Assembly: GCA_964187785.1 (NCBI GenBank)
Contig: OZ076410.1
Coordinates: forward strand, 82,584,001 to 82,648,000
Direction of reading: 5' to 3'
DNA: 64,000 nucleotides
Source of the DNA: Amphiscolops sp. MND2022
Taxonomy: Eukaryota
The position numbers and the translations under genes were made by a program. Under the pieces are notes generated by a model. It did no database searches and was not told the DNA's origin. It saw nothing but the letters and a program-made list of their open reading frames with translations. Positions within the stretch are counted from its first letter, which is position 1, and every line of letters begins with the position of its first letter. Shown here one piece after another: positions 49,718 to 63,475 of this stretch.

Positions 49718-50147
49718 TCAATTTGGACCAACAGATGTGCAAAAAAGATGAAATATCGTGAATGGTTGAAAGAGTTCCTGCCTCAGAGTAAAACTGCCGT
49801 GACACTTCATCATTAGGTCAACGGAAATCATTGAAAACACTACAACTCTGAAAACGGAAAATGACAGTTCATCAGTTTTACATCATCACCCAACAGGCCT
49901 TGAAATTCATCAATAACTCAGTAGAAATTCAAATACTTCAACGCAAATCCAACAGCGGATTTGGTTTATGCTTCGGAAAAGCAGTTTATAGGAGTCAATT
50001 CCACCAATTTCCTTCCTATTTCATCGAGAGTGAAAAAACTTCGTTTAGACATCGCTTAGAAAAAATCCAATAGTTACCCTAGGACTTATCAATCGAAATG
50101 ATTCGTGAAGATGATAAATTCTTCCTAAATTCATCTTTAAATCAATA

Positions 50148-50226
50148 AACAAGCCGGGAACGGCCCAAATCGGCGCCATATCTAAGGCTCAAAAAAAGTA
50201 ATAGGACTTCAAAGTGCAAAGTATTC
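50148..50226 (-). repeat. Copy of the SINE-like 3' end seen at 17925-18005
   Basis: AACAAGCCGGGAACGGCCCAAATCGGCGCCATATCTAAGGCTCAAAAA is the reverse complement of the 17.9-18.0 kb sequence. Confidence 0.9.
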
Positions 50227-50289
50227 CCTTCTAAACCACCCCAAAAACCCAAAAAGTGGACGCGATTGGCGCGCCAGGGGAACGCTTTG

Positions 50290-53200
50290 ACCTTTTTCAA
50301 CCCTTCTTTCGCAAGTCAATAAAAAACTTGAAGGGTTACCCTTGGTAAAAAAAATGAAAAAGTAGAAAGCCCCTGTACGCAGGCAGAAGTGGCAATGTCG
50401 TTCGTTAACAGCAGCTTGATGAAATGCTTGTAGAAAGTGATGACTTGATCCACGAATCGACGAGGAGTTGAGATCTTGCTTTTGGAAAGCAAATCTGACA
50501 AGTCATGATCCAATAGGACATCATCAACAGACTTGTAAGGCAATGTGGGGTCATCTAAATCGAGACTCATGTATTTGTTCCAGTCTGAAATTGGCCCAAG
50601 ATGCGAGTCGAGGAGGATCTTTTGGAGTTGTGTCTAGACAAACACACAGTACTGATTGTAAAGTCTGAAGCCCCCTGACGTAGTACTGAACTCCTCGCTG
50701 AACGTCGAACTGTCTAGAACAGAAAACAATAGGTGAATCGAAAAAATCGGGGAGAAAAAACAACCAAGAATAGAAAACAAGAACATGATTCAGAGAAAGA
50801 AGAACAATAATAATGTAAGATGTACATTCACATTGACTGAGTATGTTCCTCGTTATGAACATTCGAGCAACAAAGACTTTGTCTCGGAGAAGTAGATCAT
50901 CCATTCCAGAGGGCTAAAAAGAAGGAAAGCATGAAAACCAACATTGTCTGAACAAAGTACATCCATATGGAAAACAGTGGGATGCTAGAAGTAGAACAAT
51001 TACAATGACGCCAGAAGAAAGAAAACAAGAAACAAACCTCTTGCATATGAGAGCGATAGGAAGCAATTCGTCTACTGCATCGTAACAAATGAAGTACCCT
51101 ACTTCCAGATGGTGATAAGGTGATCCATTATCTCAACGGCACGAAGTAAATCATAAACCAATGCAGTGACAGTCTGAAACACAAATGAAATGATTAATCT
51201 TGGAATAACTAGAATTTAGTAGAACGTGCAAAAATTTGGAACATGGATAATTGCCATATAGATGAAATTTGAACGAACGTGCAAAAAGATCTAAAACGTC
51301 TAGATGCAACGAAAGTGATCTGATGACTAATCAAATTACAGAACACAAAGCATACTCTCCAGAAATAAAAAAAAATGGAATAAGACACTTTTTTGTGCTG
51401 CATTATGATGCAAAGTTTTCGTGCAAGAAGAAGAGATAATACTCAGTTCGAATAAAGAACTGATAATAATGCTGAAAGTACAACAAGAAAAACACTCCTG
51501 ACGAAAATTGTCTAAAATTTTGAATTTATAGCGACATCGAAGAAGTTCGCTCCTAGAAACGAAATCGCAAAATTAGCCTAACAACATTGAAATCGGGACA
51601 AGAAGCAACACTAACCAGATTTTCCAATATATGTTGTGAAGGAAAAAGACCATGAAATGAAATAAAACGATGATACTAACGTGTTTAAAATCGAGCAACG
51701 ACGATAACCAAGAGCGATCACAAGCTGATCGGAGGCGCACGAGGAGACAATCCAATACATTCCTGAAGTCAAAACGGTCCAAGCTTTGTAGAGATGGGAC
51801 CAGCATCGTTCGCTCCAAATCTTCACCATCAAATTTGGGAAAGCTGCACACACTTCTTTGTTGCGGAAGCACCCGTGATACTGTCCACAAAAATCGTGGG
51901 GCAAAGCCGGTTAGGAAGAGTAGGTGGGCCTCCTTCCGGAAGAGGGCGAAGAAACTGCTCAGCCACAACAAAAGAGAGGCAGGAGAACTCAATCTTCCTG
52001 GGAACAGCCCGATGCATAGACTGTAGAGAGAATTCCCCGCCCAGAAATGAACAAAGAGCCGCGTCTCATTGGCATACTGGGTATGTCTGAGGGAGTAGCT
52101 TCCAGACGCCTGAATGGAATTGATGCAGAAAGAGAGCATGTCGCGGAGCATGTAAGGTACATGTGAGTCCCTGCAATAGACATAGCTTCAAAAGCAAAAG
52201 GAAGTCCAACAACGCCTTTTAAGAAAAGGAAAGATACTTACGAAAACGCGACAGGGCCTCTTATCATGCTGTATGAAAGGTTCCGGCGTCTTCGTTTCTT
52301 TAACGAGATCGTGCCATAGAGCCACCAAAGTGTCAATTTGGCCTCTGTGCATAAGCCCGATCTTGAGAAGATTCAGCTGCGCCAGAATTGTTTTGATGGG
52401 GTCATCTGTCCCGGCAACTTCAGTCTGGCCTTGTTGGTTCAAACGCAAAGTGTAGTCAACGAGTTTCGGAGCCACAGGATACTCCCACCTCGCACGGTCC
52501 TTGGCGTACTTTAGGGCCATTCCACTAAGTTCATCACAATTTTTGTCAAAGAGGGGAAGTCCTGGCGTTTCCATGCGGATTCGGTGCTCCTTAACAAGGT
52601 GTGGGTCTGTCCTGAAGTGGTGGAGGGTCTCTAGTGGGCCCTAAGTCTTTAGAGACAACTCCACAAGGCAAACTCGACATTGGTTTTTGTGTGGGTTTCT
52701 TGCAACGTCGGCTGGTGCCGTAGCAAAGAACTTCAGAATCGAGTATTTGTGGTACATCCACCGAGCTAAACCATGGCGAGGTTTGGCTTTCTTTCAAGAG
52801 GATACTGTTTCCTGCTGTTTCTTCTGCTTTTTGGGCTTTGCCTCTGGTGACTTTCCCTCTTCATGAAATGACAACTTATTAGAAGATCTTGAATAAGTGC
52901 GAAGTTCCGATGTTGTTGACTCTTCGTCACTGTCCACGTCAATGTGGAACCGCTTTAGAGGAGTCTTGGCCTCAGTTTTGTTTCTGCTGTGCTCCTCGGC
53001 AGTTGGCGCTTTATTGGAACTCATGACGATGTTCTGTTCCGCATTACCCCCAAGTTCTGCATGGACTTTGTCACTTGCCTTCTCAGCCGCCTCTGCCAAA
53101 ATCCGAGAAAGCCTTACTTCCCCTGTGTCTCCTGGGCTATCTCTACTGGTAGCTTGAGAAACGGGCACGATTTCCGTCTTCTTTCTTCAACCATCAGAAT

Positions 53201-53990
53201 TGGACTTCTTAGCTTGTGAAGTGGGAAATTGCGTCAAAAATCGAGTAAATTGCGACATGTTTTTTCCAGCGGTACCTGTTTTGGGGGAAGTTGTTTCCTC
53301 ATTCAAAGTTCGACATGCAGTTGGAGCGTGAATGGAGCAATGTACAAAAATGAACTGGACAATTTTCCATCTAAGGGTACGTTAGTTAGGGATGCCATTT
53401 CTTGCTGGACCCAGTCACTAGCAGATTTGCATTCCTGCAGTTCCTTTGGGCTGACGTCGCTACAATTTCGACAAATTCGGAGAAATTGTCTTCAATCAGA
53501 ACTTCGGGGTTCAAGTCCGGGGGGTGTGGAAATCAGCTAGAGCCGATCTTTGAGAGCAACTTTGTAATAAAACTGACTGTTGGATCAGAGGCTTCTGGTT
53601 ATTCTTAGAAACACTGCTTTGCGGATTAGCTGGGGAAGAATCTAAAACAAAAATTGAATTTGTGCTGCAATCAGTCAACAGGAAATTGATATTTTCTGCC
53701 AAAATTTGAAAATCGGAAGTTGACAAATCAGAAGATAGTCGACATGAATGTTAGTCTGGCCACATTACATTAAAATTCGTGATATCACAAAAGAAAACGA
53801 AATACTGTCCGACAGAGTCAGAAAAACAAACACAGTTCAAACTTACCGCGTAGTGCAGCAGGGTTAGAACGGAGATTCATCGTCGGCCATGTCCTCTTCT
53901 GAAGGGGAGTTGTCTTCCTGCGGGAATTGGAGACTCGTGGTTCCATCAATTCCAATCAATCAGACGATTCAGAAATTACCGCACAATGAT
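50290..53990 (-). pseudogene. Spliced, decayed hAT-like transposase gene with a BED/C2H2-like finger
   Basis: CRVCLVELSLKT*GPLETLHHFRTDPH finger (52600-52679; in-frame TAG at 52641-52643) continues in frame into ORF 52188-52574. YSL...YANETRLFVHFW is a strand-rich core. DVLLDHDLSDLL..RFVDQVITFYKHFIKLLL resembles the hAT C-terminal helical region. Putative GT-AG introns 53696-53846, 52171-52241 and 50914-51102. A DDE triad was not located; the 3' end is truncated near 50290. Confidence 0.4.
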
Positions 53991-54932
53991 AAATACAAAT
54001 TGAAGAAAGAATGGAAAGTGATGATTAAAGATGAAATTAATATATGAACTACAAATGTGAAAAGTAACATTGAGAAGAATTGGACGATTAGGAATTTTGG
54101 AAAAACTTTGCAGCAAATCGACTCACAACGGAATTACGTCAACTACAAAAACAAACAATGTTGCGGCGTGGCATCCGGCTGAACAAACTCTTAGCATGAC
54201 AAATTAACATATTTGCGCAAATACTGTGCGCTGATTGGATGCGCTTATTACGGACAAACCAAAGCTGCCAGAAAGATTGGCATCCTGAACGGCTTTGCTG
54301 AAACGAAGTACGCCTACATGAAGCTCCGCCCTCTAGTTGCAGTTTAATGTCATTTGCGGTAACAGACAGCACCATGCAGTATAGAATTAACCGAGATTGA
54401 CCTAAAACAGAAAAAAAACATATGACTACATGTTTCATTCTCATTATTAACTGACCATCATGCATCTAACATCTGACATATTCATGCTGAAATAGACATC
54501 ATGAATCAGTATGTACATGATTTAGGAAACCAGATTAAATTATCTTTGAAACTTGTCATATGTTTTAATTGTGAGTCGTGTATACTGTTTTTTTTTCAAT
54601 TTTACTGATGATACTAGTTAGAATGCGTGCAATATTCCCATAAAAGGAAATGTGAAACCCAAAGATAAGCTCAATCCCTGACGGAATTCAACATTCAAAC
54701 TCCCATTCATAAAATTATTTACAAATAACTTCATCGTTGAAACCATGTGAAGTTTGAAGATTGAAGTGATTGTTACTAAAAGTGGAACATATAGGGTCAA
54801 TTATATTTTGGTATAGAGCTATTTAAACAAAGAAATAGGGATACAACCCAGCGACTACTTTGAAATTACCGGCAAAACTGTAAACTAGAAACAAGATCCC
54901 CACCCGGGAAAATCCCCACCAACCGAAAGAAA

Positions 54933-56127
54933 GTGAAAAGGTTTTCATTCTGCGAATACTCACAAAACGAATTGGTTGATACTTCCAAACATAGATGGAC
55001 AATAGACCTCCAAAAATCTCACCTCTTCACAATCAACGAAGACATGCAATCTGTTTCCACAAACTCTCCCGGATTAATAGACATTTCTAGCGACTCTCGA
55101 AAAAAATTTGTGACTGAACAATCCTACTCAGAGCCTATAGACCTGAAATTTAGAATTGGGGGACCGCTTAATAAATCCATGACAGCCTTTGTTAACGAAG
55201 ACGCTGCCAGATTCTTCGCAGTATGCGAATCTGAAATAAGAGAAGACACCGTAATAGATATCACCAGCACTGACCTCGAAAGAGAAATGCTGAGCATGAT
55301 CTCGGAACATACCGAATTACCTAGTATCTCACCAATTTCGTTCTTCGGATCGAGCGGAAGCGATAGCGAAGATCTACTACTAAATGCTAACTTTGCTAAT
55401 GTCCCGAGAAACAACTACGGTAGACCTTTCCTGAAGTTCCGCCCCTGAAAAACAAGGCAAATACCCACTCAACCTGATGTTAATGGTGATAACCCTCATA
55501 GTAACGTCCAGGTAAATGGGCCAATCAGACCTATACCTATTACACCCGGGATGATACCTCATGAGATCCCTCAATCAAACTATGCCCATCCGCATAACGG
55601 GAGGGGAATATTGCAGATACCCATGACAGACCAATACAACGTACCGGGTGCTCAATTGCATTTACCAATTTTAGTCACCAAAGGTATGAGACAATACCCT
55701 TATGACATAAACGCCGGAATATTACAACCAAACGAGCATCCTAGCGTCGCATATTACTATAACGCCAACGGTCAGTTATACCTGGATACACAAGGCACTC
55801 ATAGCAATCTAGAGGTGACTGGCGTAGGCGCTGCCCGAAGTGACGACGCTGCACAGCAACAGAGGAACCCCTTACGAAGACCTCTTAACCCTCCGGTTAT
55901 TCCACATGTTCAGGGAAATTGTCACTGGTGCGGTAGAACCTATGATGAAGTTGCCTTGGATGCTCTGGCGGCCTACACGGCAGCAACTGAATTCTGGCGA
56001 GACAGTAAGAGACAGGATAACTAGATCACGGGCTTACTTAGATGGGTTCGAACCAGCACTCATTTGCTTCAAGAACTCTGGCCTGTCGCAGCCTAGAGCT
56101 TGCGTTGGGTCCGTGGTGCAGCGATGA
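54933..56127 (+). pseudogene. ~395-codon ORF of unknown function with a CHWC (C-x2-C) motif, divergent from the hAT-like gene
   Basis: ORFs 54933-55448 and 55551-56024 share a frame and are separated only by one TGA (55446-55448); a frameshift near 55990 joins ORF 55840-56127 (CHWCGRTYDEVALDALAAYT..EF/GETVRDRITRSRAYLDGF). Confidence 0.5.
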
Positions 56128-56660
56128 TGGCAAATGTCTCACCCACCTACAGAAAACCCATTCAGAAAATCATTACTTCAAAACACTCATTTCACATAAA
56201 CTCAAGTTTAACTTTTGAATACTAGCAGTGTTGCAGTTCATTTATTGTTACTGATAATAATACTTGTTGAAAAATGCTGATTCACATAATAATCAATGTA
56301 CATTACAAGTGATTGATAGATTTCTTACATAGTATCACGTTACATGAAATTTCATGAATTGAATAAATTTTGCAGAACTCTTATGAAGCATTAGTGCGTA
56401 CGAACTTAGACATTTAGCTTATCTGCTGTAACGAGTTTACAGCATGTTGCGGTATAATTTCATTCTGTAGATATTTTTGATTGTGACATTTGAAAGCATG
56501 ACTCATCATAATAATCTAATTGCACGTGTATTATGTTGAAGTTAACATTTGTGCTAAGTATGTCTCATACTGCATGTTACTACGAATATCTCTAACGCCA
56601 AACAGATCGGTACCGTTAATACGCTGAGTGCGGCAGCCAATCAGAATGCAGATTAACAAT

Positions 56661-57591
56661 TGTCATGTAAGAATCTATTTATAAGGATGACGTAATATGT
56701 AAACCTATTTTTGTCTTGAAATAATAATGGGGCGCTATTTTTAGGTTTTACGTGTTTATGGTGTAACCATGACACTCTAAAAAATGGTTGTCATGTTAGT
56801 AAATATAGACTCTAAGAAAAAGGAGAATGAGGAGCCCATAAAAAGTTCATTCCACCAAAATATGCTGAACTGTTCAGACCTACTTTCTCACACCCCAATC
56901 TTTGTCTTGTCTTCATAATTTGATGTTCTGTGCATCTTCTTCAACTCTGTATTTAACTCTGTTTTATTTCATCTTTCAACTTAATTAAAATTCTTCTCTC
57001 CAGCAAACCTACCTGAGATAAGGAATAAAAGAAATAGGAGACCCACAGCACAGAAATAGGCGAGCACAGTCACCCTCACTTGAGAGAGACTTGAGCGTCT
57101 CTGAAGGTGAAACATCACAAGGTAATGAGACTACTATTCAAACATAGTAATTTTGAAAATATTGGTTCAGTTAGGGAAGGAGAAACAACATTTGTAAGTG
57201 GTTTCCAAAACGAGAACGAGATACAAGTATGGACCCAAAGAATAACCGAAAAGACAAGTAAGGAAGTATCAGACCTAAGGAAAGAAATGAATGGAAAATT
57301 GGAGAAAATGTAGAAGGAGATAAAAAAAATAGAAGAGCACAATCTGTGCCAAATAGAAGATGTCAAGAACAAACACCCCTCAAGCAGGAACCTCGATAAA
57401 TACAAAGAACAAAGACGACGAAGCAAACGCATATGAACCAGAAGATCAAGAAACCGAAATACATGATAGTACTTTCAGGCCATCGAATATAAATGAATTT
57501 AAAACACAGATGCAACCTTTGAATATACAAAACATCGATTTAAATGACTCAATGGTTGCAAATGAGGACCATATAAGAGACGATTATCACA
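56661..57591 (+). repeat. Solo-LTR-like segment containing a gag-leader-like coiled-coil ORF
   Basis: TGTCATG...TATCACA termini; AT-rich 5' part with AATAAA; charged helical reading frames at 57107-57590; no TSD found. Confidence 0.35.
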
Positions 57592-58149
57592 ATATCTATA
57601 TTTGCAGTTTTGCAGGTTTCATTAAGACGCCGTTTTAATTTTGAAAGCAGCTGAGACCTTCATCAATTTTACCGCGATTGCAATGCAAGTAAAGTTCAGC
57701 CACATGATAAGCTTCCGAGTAGCGTCATATTCAGCTTGCTATTTGACTAACGGTGATTACATAAAGTACTTACTTGAGAAACTTACGCGTGTAAACAAAG
57801 TGATAGCGATGGTGAAGAAGAGGAATTGTTTTAGGTTTTAATACAAATAGTAGAAGCTGCATTGTAATGCTACAAATTATTTCCATGGAGGCTCCCGGAA
57901 TTTTCCATGTTTTGTAAAAAATTAGCCTGCATGTTTCCATGCAGCATGTAAAAAGTTCAAGCAATCTCGACTAGCGTAATTGGTAAGTTATCTTCCTCTT
58001 CGTTATTTACAATTAGTAATAGCCTGGTTCTCACACAAACATAATTACTAAAAAACATTTCTTCAAACTCAAAATTGCTTCAAAAAGCTCTTCTGTTGAA
58101 CGTTCATTTTCATTGTAGAATGAACAAGGTAATGTGGTTGTTCGATCGA

Positions 58150-59700
58150 GATTTAGTCAAAGAAATATTTTAGCCTGCTGTTCAAGGAGAAAAAACCTCG
58201 TTTTGAAGACCGTGCGTTTGAAAGAATGGGAAAAAGCCGTAACAGTGAGTAAAAAAACTGAGGTAAAAGTCAAGATGCTTTCCATTGATAAAAGATTAGC
58301 AAACAATTTTAAAAATTTTCTAGGAATTCTATCACCCAAAACGGAAGAATGTGAACTGAATAGCTCTTTCAGTCTTCGAACTGAAGAGGCCGATTTTATT
58401 TTGACGTTTTCATTTCAAATATAGTACCTTGAAACAATTCGAAAAAAGGTGATTGTTCTCTGAAAATCTCAAAACAAAACTTGACAGGACTTTGAGAGGA
58501 CAATTGAAAACTTTTCTCCGATTCTTTTCCAAGTGATTTTATCCTTGCGAAGGTTCTAGTATACTAGAAGCACTGACCCTTCTGGCTCCATCGCGTGCAA
58601 GTTTTTGTCAGAAGTATTTCGATATCGAAATTTTTAACAGGGACTTCGTTATAAATTTGTTTGAAACGTTCTCAGACAATCTTAAGGCAAAACAGTCAAG
58701 TTCGCTTTGAGATGGAATCGTGCTCTAAGTCTTCTACAGTTCCGATCAAAAACATCGGACAGAGAGGGCATCGGCTCAAACAATCATGCTTCTTCCGTTT
58801 TTGTCCAATGCCATCGCTCATAAATTTCCCTATTAGAATTGATTGCATCAATACTCCATAGTTTCTCAAATCCTCTCATCCCAATAGACTAAAGTTTCTC
58901 TAAATTGAAAGATCTCTTTCATAGCCTTTTTCATGTGAAGGAAAAGTTTTCGGCTGTTTTGAAGCAAGTCTTATTGAGAGGTGAAACAAAGCAACTTTTG
59001 AAAATTTGTGGTTCGTGACTTTCCCGCTTATTTATAAAACAAACTGTTATCAATTGAGGGTCTTTCTTGTAATCGATGCGAATCGGTTCTAAAATCCTGC
59101 GTGATAATGTTGGCAAGCTATTTCCAAAGTTTAGAAGAGGAGGACGGCATTCAGAGCCGCCCTCAACTTTTACAACGCAATCCGACACACGGAGAAATAA
59201 GTAAAGTTAACGCTATAGGATTTCTGATGGGAGCTCGATCGAACGAAACTCTCAAAAGAGATAGTCAAGTAACAAATCTGCATCACTGCGAGATGATGGG
59301 CAGATTTTTGAAAAGTGCTGAGAGTTCACGCTGAGAAAATGAATGATTCGCTAGACAAAGCAGACACTGGTGGAAACACATGAAGGGAGGTCAGACCAGT
59401 GACCTCGTTGAAAACACTGCATTAGTCAATCGACCGAACAAGGTCGAACCTGCATCGCCGGTGGCTACAAAAACACCCAAAGAGGCAAAGCCTCAGCTTC
59501 AACCCGTATTGCTGAAGATCTAACTCCAAATGAGATCGCGAGTGATGACACTTGAAAGATGTATTTCCCTCTTTCGAACCATTAAAACTATTTTATTCAT
59601 GGTTTTTCGATTTGAACTATTAAGTATTAGCAAGGAAAGTATATTCAATATGAGTTTGTGATAGCCAGTCAAAGCTCTAATTTGTCTAATAATCAACTGA
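58150..59700 (-). pseudogene. Possible very decayed hAT transposase remnant
   Basis: TKTCTRWSQK (hAT TRW-like motif, about 58585-58610) lies downstream of DYKKDPQLITVCFINK..F.S.FV.PL..T, resembling the hAT first-Asp strand region; many stops. Confidence 0.25.
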
Positions 59701-62700
59701 TGACAACTCATGAAATAGTATATGAAGTGTTCTCGGAACTGAACCTGGAAAAATTTCTATCAAAAACACGTATTCTAAAACAATTCTTGTCAGCTTCGAT
59801 CCGAGTTTCTGTTCGACTTTTACTGCTTCTTCGTGTGAAAACTAACAGAACATATAGAAATTTAACTTTCTGCAGCAAAGACCCTTTCTACCGTTGATCG
59901 ACGTCGTGGCTGTTCAAATGGAATCTAGGGAAACTTGCCAAAAACAACAAGTCGAAAACACTTTGCCGAAAGCATCTGGCCCTAAAAACTATTCGGAAAG
60001 CTCGTCGGAAGTTCAGAAAATAATCTCAGCCAAAATGAAGTGCCAACTTTGTGATCGTACTGTGTTATGAAGCTTTGAATTATTATGAATTATTACACTG
60101 TAAAGCACAAAAGTGAAACATGTTACTACAAATACATGTAGCTTTATTATGCGTAAAACTGAAAGTTCCATGCATGAACTGAAAAAATCAGTACATAGTT
60201 AGCACTAGGTAGTCCACGTGGGAAATCTGTAATTATTCGACTAATTTCCACAAAATTATTATTCAACGAGTTAATTTTTGACCAGTTTTCCGCCCTTTTA
60301 TTTCGACGAGTTGCATTCAGCGAGTTGTTTTCGACGTTTTTTTCGCATACCGTTCAAATGTGAATGAATTAAAACAACACTGTGGAGCAAGCTGAAGCAC
60401 TATGAAGCAAACAATAAACTCTATAGCACTAAATAAATTTAAGGGTGAATAAACATTTTTGCTAGATGTTCTAAGGTTTGCTGAAACCTGTCCCCTACTT
60501 ATACAACTATTGTATCAGAAAAACGACATTTTACGTTTGAATAGTATTCAAGCGTACACAGAAACCTTATTGGAAGCCACTACAATAGTCTGCGCTCTAT
60601 GAGGACTAAAACCGCCGACTAAAAACCTAGGTAGCGGAAAACTCCAAAATTGCAAATTTCTTCAATGGTTCTTTGCACGTCAGTTTGATCGGAAAACTAA
60701 AAATTGTCGTAAAATAGTACAAAATTAAAGACATCAAATTAAAGTCATGCAGATTTCTTGTAGGGAAATAGTTAGGAAAAGGCGCAATCAAGAGAAGCCC
60801 GAAAGCATATGCGTTGTGAACATTTGATAACATGGGCTCCGAGATAGCAAAATCATAGAACAACAGTAAATCTCATCTTGTTGAAAAAATTCATTGAAAA
60901 AAGAGCCAATAGAAAACGTATGACCAACTTTTATACTGGCGAAGTTGAAACCACGAAAACCTTTTACTCGAAAATCTGTTCATATAATCATAAGAAGAGG
61001 AAGCATGGTAGCAAGAAATTGCTCCATCACTCGCCTACCTTTGGCTGTGTCTCAATGCAGTGTGGGCGGAATTGCATTGACTTCAACAGATAGTTGCATT
61101 GAACCTTCCACATCAGGACCGCTCGAAAACATTGACGAGTACGTACATGTAGTTTACCCATAGAGCGCGAAGCATGAGTATAATATTGCAAGACTTAGAG
61201 AGAAAAAGCTCCTTTTTGGTGCCCGCATTTGAATGAAAAGATCGAAAATTCAGTCAAACATCAGCTGCGGGTGGCGCACTGAACAAATATGCACTCACTC
61301 AGCTCACTTGGGCTTTTCAAAGTTGAAAATTACGCAGTTGCTACTGAGGAGGACCTAGTTTCATCCGTCATGCGAGAAATCCAAAAATTGTTTCCGGTGA
61401 AATGAAGTTGCAAAGTTGACAAAAAAACGAAGGCACTTTATAATGAACAAAAATCTGTTTATTCTGTTGCAAGTGGTAGTATTTCATGTCAGAGTCCGCC
61501 CCCGGACTGAAATTCGGATGCAGAAGAATCGGGTATGGCAGAGAGCATGCCTGTACCGCAAAACTCTCAAAGAGGTATTTTGGCTACTGAACTCAAACAC
61601 TAATGTTTATTTTGAAAATCAACAGTGACTAAACATACGGAAAACACGTCTACTCTACCCAAATCACAAACGAAAAAGAATACCGGAAATTAAATGAGCT
61701 AAAATGATTTCACGCATCTCCGTTAAAACGCTTTTGCTACGCCAAAGTAGGAACATTCACCACCTGAAAACTAAATTGAAGATGCGTCTTGGAATAAAGA
61801 TCATAAACTAATCTAAATGAAAACATATCCAAAATCATCGCTAAGAATGGAAATCAATCAGATCTAAAACAGAAATTACATTGAGATGGCACGCCGAAAG
61901 AATTACGCCTATTCTAAGAAAAGGCAGCTTAATTGCACTTTGACAGCAATTAATGTAGAATTAGGACGACGTATCGTCGCTGAGTGAACAAATACTAGCG
62001 GTACATGTAAATTTAACTATACTTGTGACGTCCGCATTACGTCATTAGATTGGTAGCTAGTCAGCTAACTAGAAATATTCCAAAGTTACGTCCACGTTAC
62101 GTCCACTATGATGGCAAACTGAGACTTATACCAAATTTACGTCCACGCTACGTGCGAAATCCATCCAAATAGCTGTCTTAGTCTATCCACAAAAGTGAAA
62201 TCAGCGCTAACTTGATGGAAATGATGCAAATTAGACGCACCACTCCTGCTTAAACTAGGGTTGCAATAAAAATAGGAAATTGGTGATTACGTCGGCCCTG
62301 CGTCAAGTAAATTATTGTTGATCTAGGAATGTATCAAGGTTTAATCTAAATGAAATTTTTCTATAATCTTTGAATGAAGGTCACAGTTTCTACTTAATGC
62401 AGATGAATGAGAGTATCTTGAAGTGTTAAAACACCTGTCGTAAGCTATTTGAATTGTACACTTCCACTGTTATGTTCATAATTGTCGTCACCTTGTCGTG
62501 ATCCAAAAGGTGAATCCAACACGCCTAATAAAGGTTTTATGTTTCAATGCCGTTCTATATTCTGATACACTATTTGTAAGTTTAAAAAACATCTTATAAC
62601 GCGGTTTTATTGTCTATTTGTAATCACCACATAGTGAAGTTATCAATTTCCAGATTGACGTCGTTATATCGGCGACTGGCGAAATTTGTATTCTAGCTAA

Positions 62701-63475
62701 TTTTTACAGATTGTAGTGCATTTTTTTCTCGAAAGATTGTTCAATTTGAGTTTAATATTGTTGCTGAATTGTTGTTGGTATTAAACTATACATGTAAAAT
62801 TAAATGCCGTTGCTACATGAAAATGTTGTTACACTAATTAACGTTGAAGAGTCGTCGAATACTATTTGCCCAAAAAATTAATAAATAGGAAATGAGTGCC
62901 CTCATTTACTAATCAGTTGGTATTCTCATAGCCTTGCCAAATATTCCAAGCAAATGTTATTAGTCAAAATTTGTTCATGCCAAAATTCAAAATCAGGTAT
63001 TAACTGTTCACGTCAGCGTCATCCCCGCAACGATGTTCCTAGGAACCAAACCAGTAAAACAGGGAAATGTTTCCGGTTTGATAGACTGAAGTATTATCTA
63101 CTTCCTGATTGGGAGGAAACAAAAGGACGCCGGAATGAAATGATATGATCATGGTTGCTAAATACTATATTAAAATTGTCGTGTCTTGAAATTCGACAGA
63201 ATGTCGACGCAAATCTGGGATCAAAATGATTTTTTCATTGAAAATACAGGAGGTGACTAATTGTTCGAGGAAAATTAGGGATTTACTCGTGATCAAATGA
63301 TTCTAGGAGGGTATAAATATGAGGTGCTTCAATTTCTAGGGGACTCAGTCTTTTCATTTTGCTACAAAACAATTGTACTATTTGTCTCTGATTCAAAACC
63401 CTCATCTCAACTTTGTTGAAAAAATATCGTTTAAAAGTCAATTGAAAATCCACAATTGAATCTTTTCACTCAAAG

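Noticed and set aside
60878-61163. Cys cluster resembling a piggyBac C-terminal cysteine-rich domain
   Set aside because: The Cys spacing is incomplete and no transposase core is recognisable upstream.
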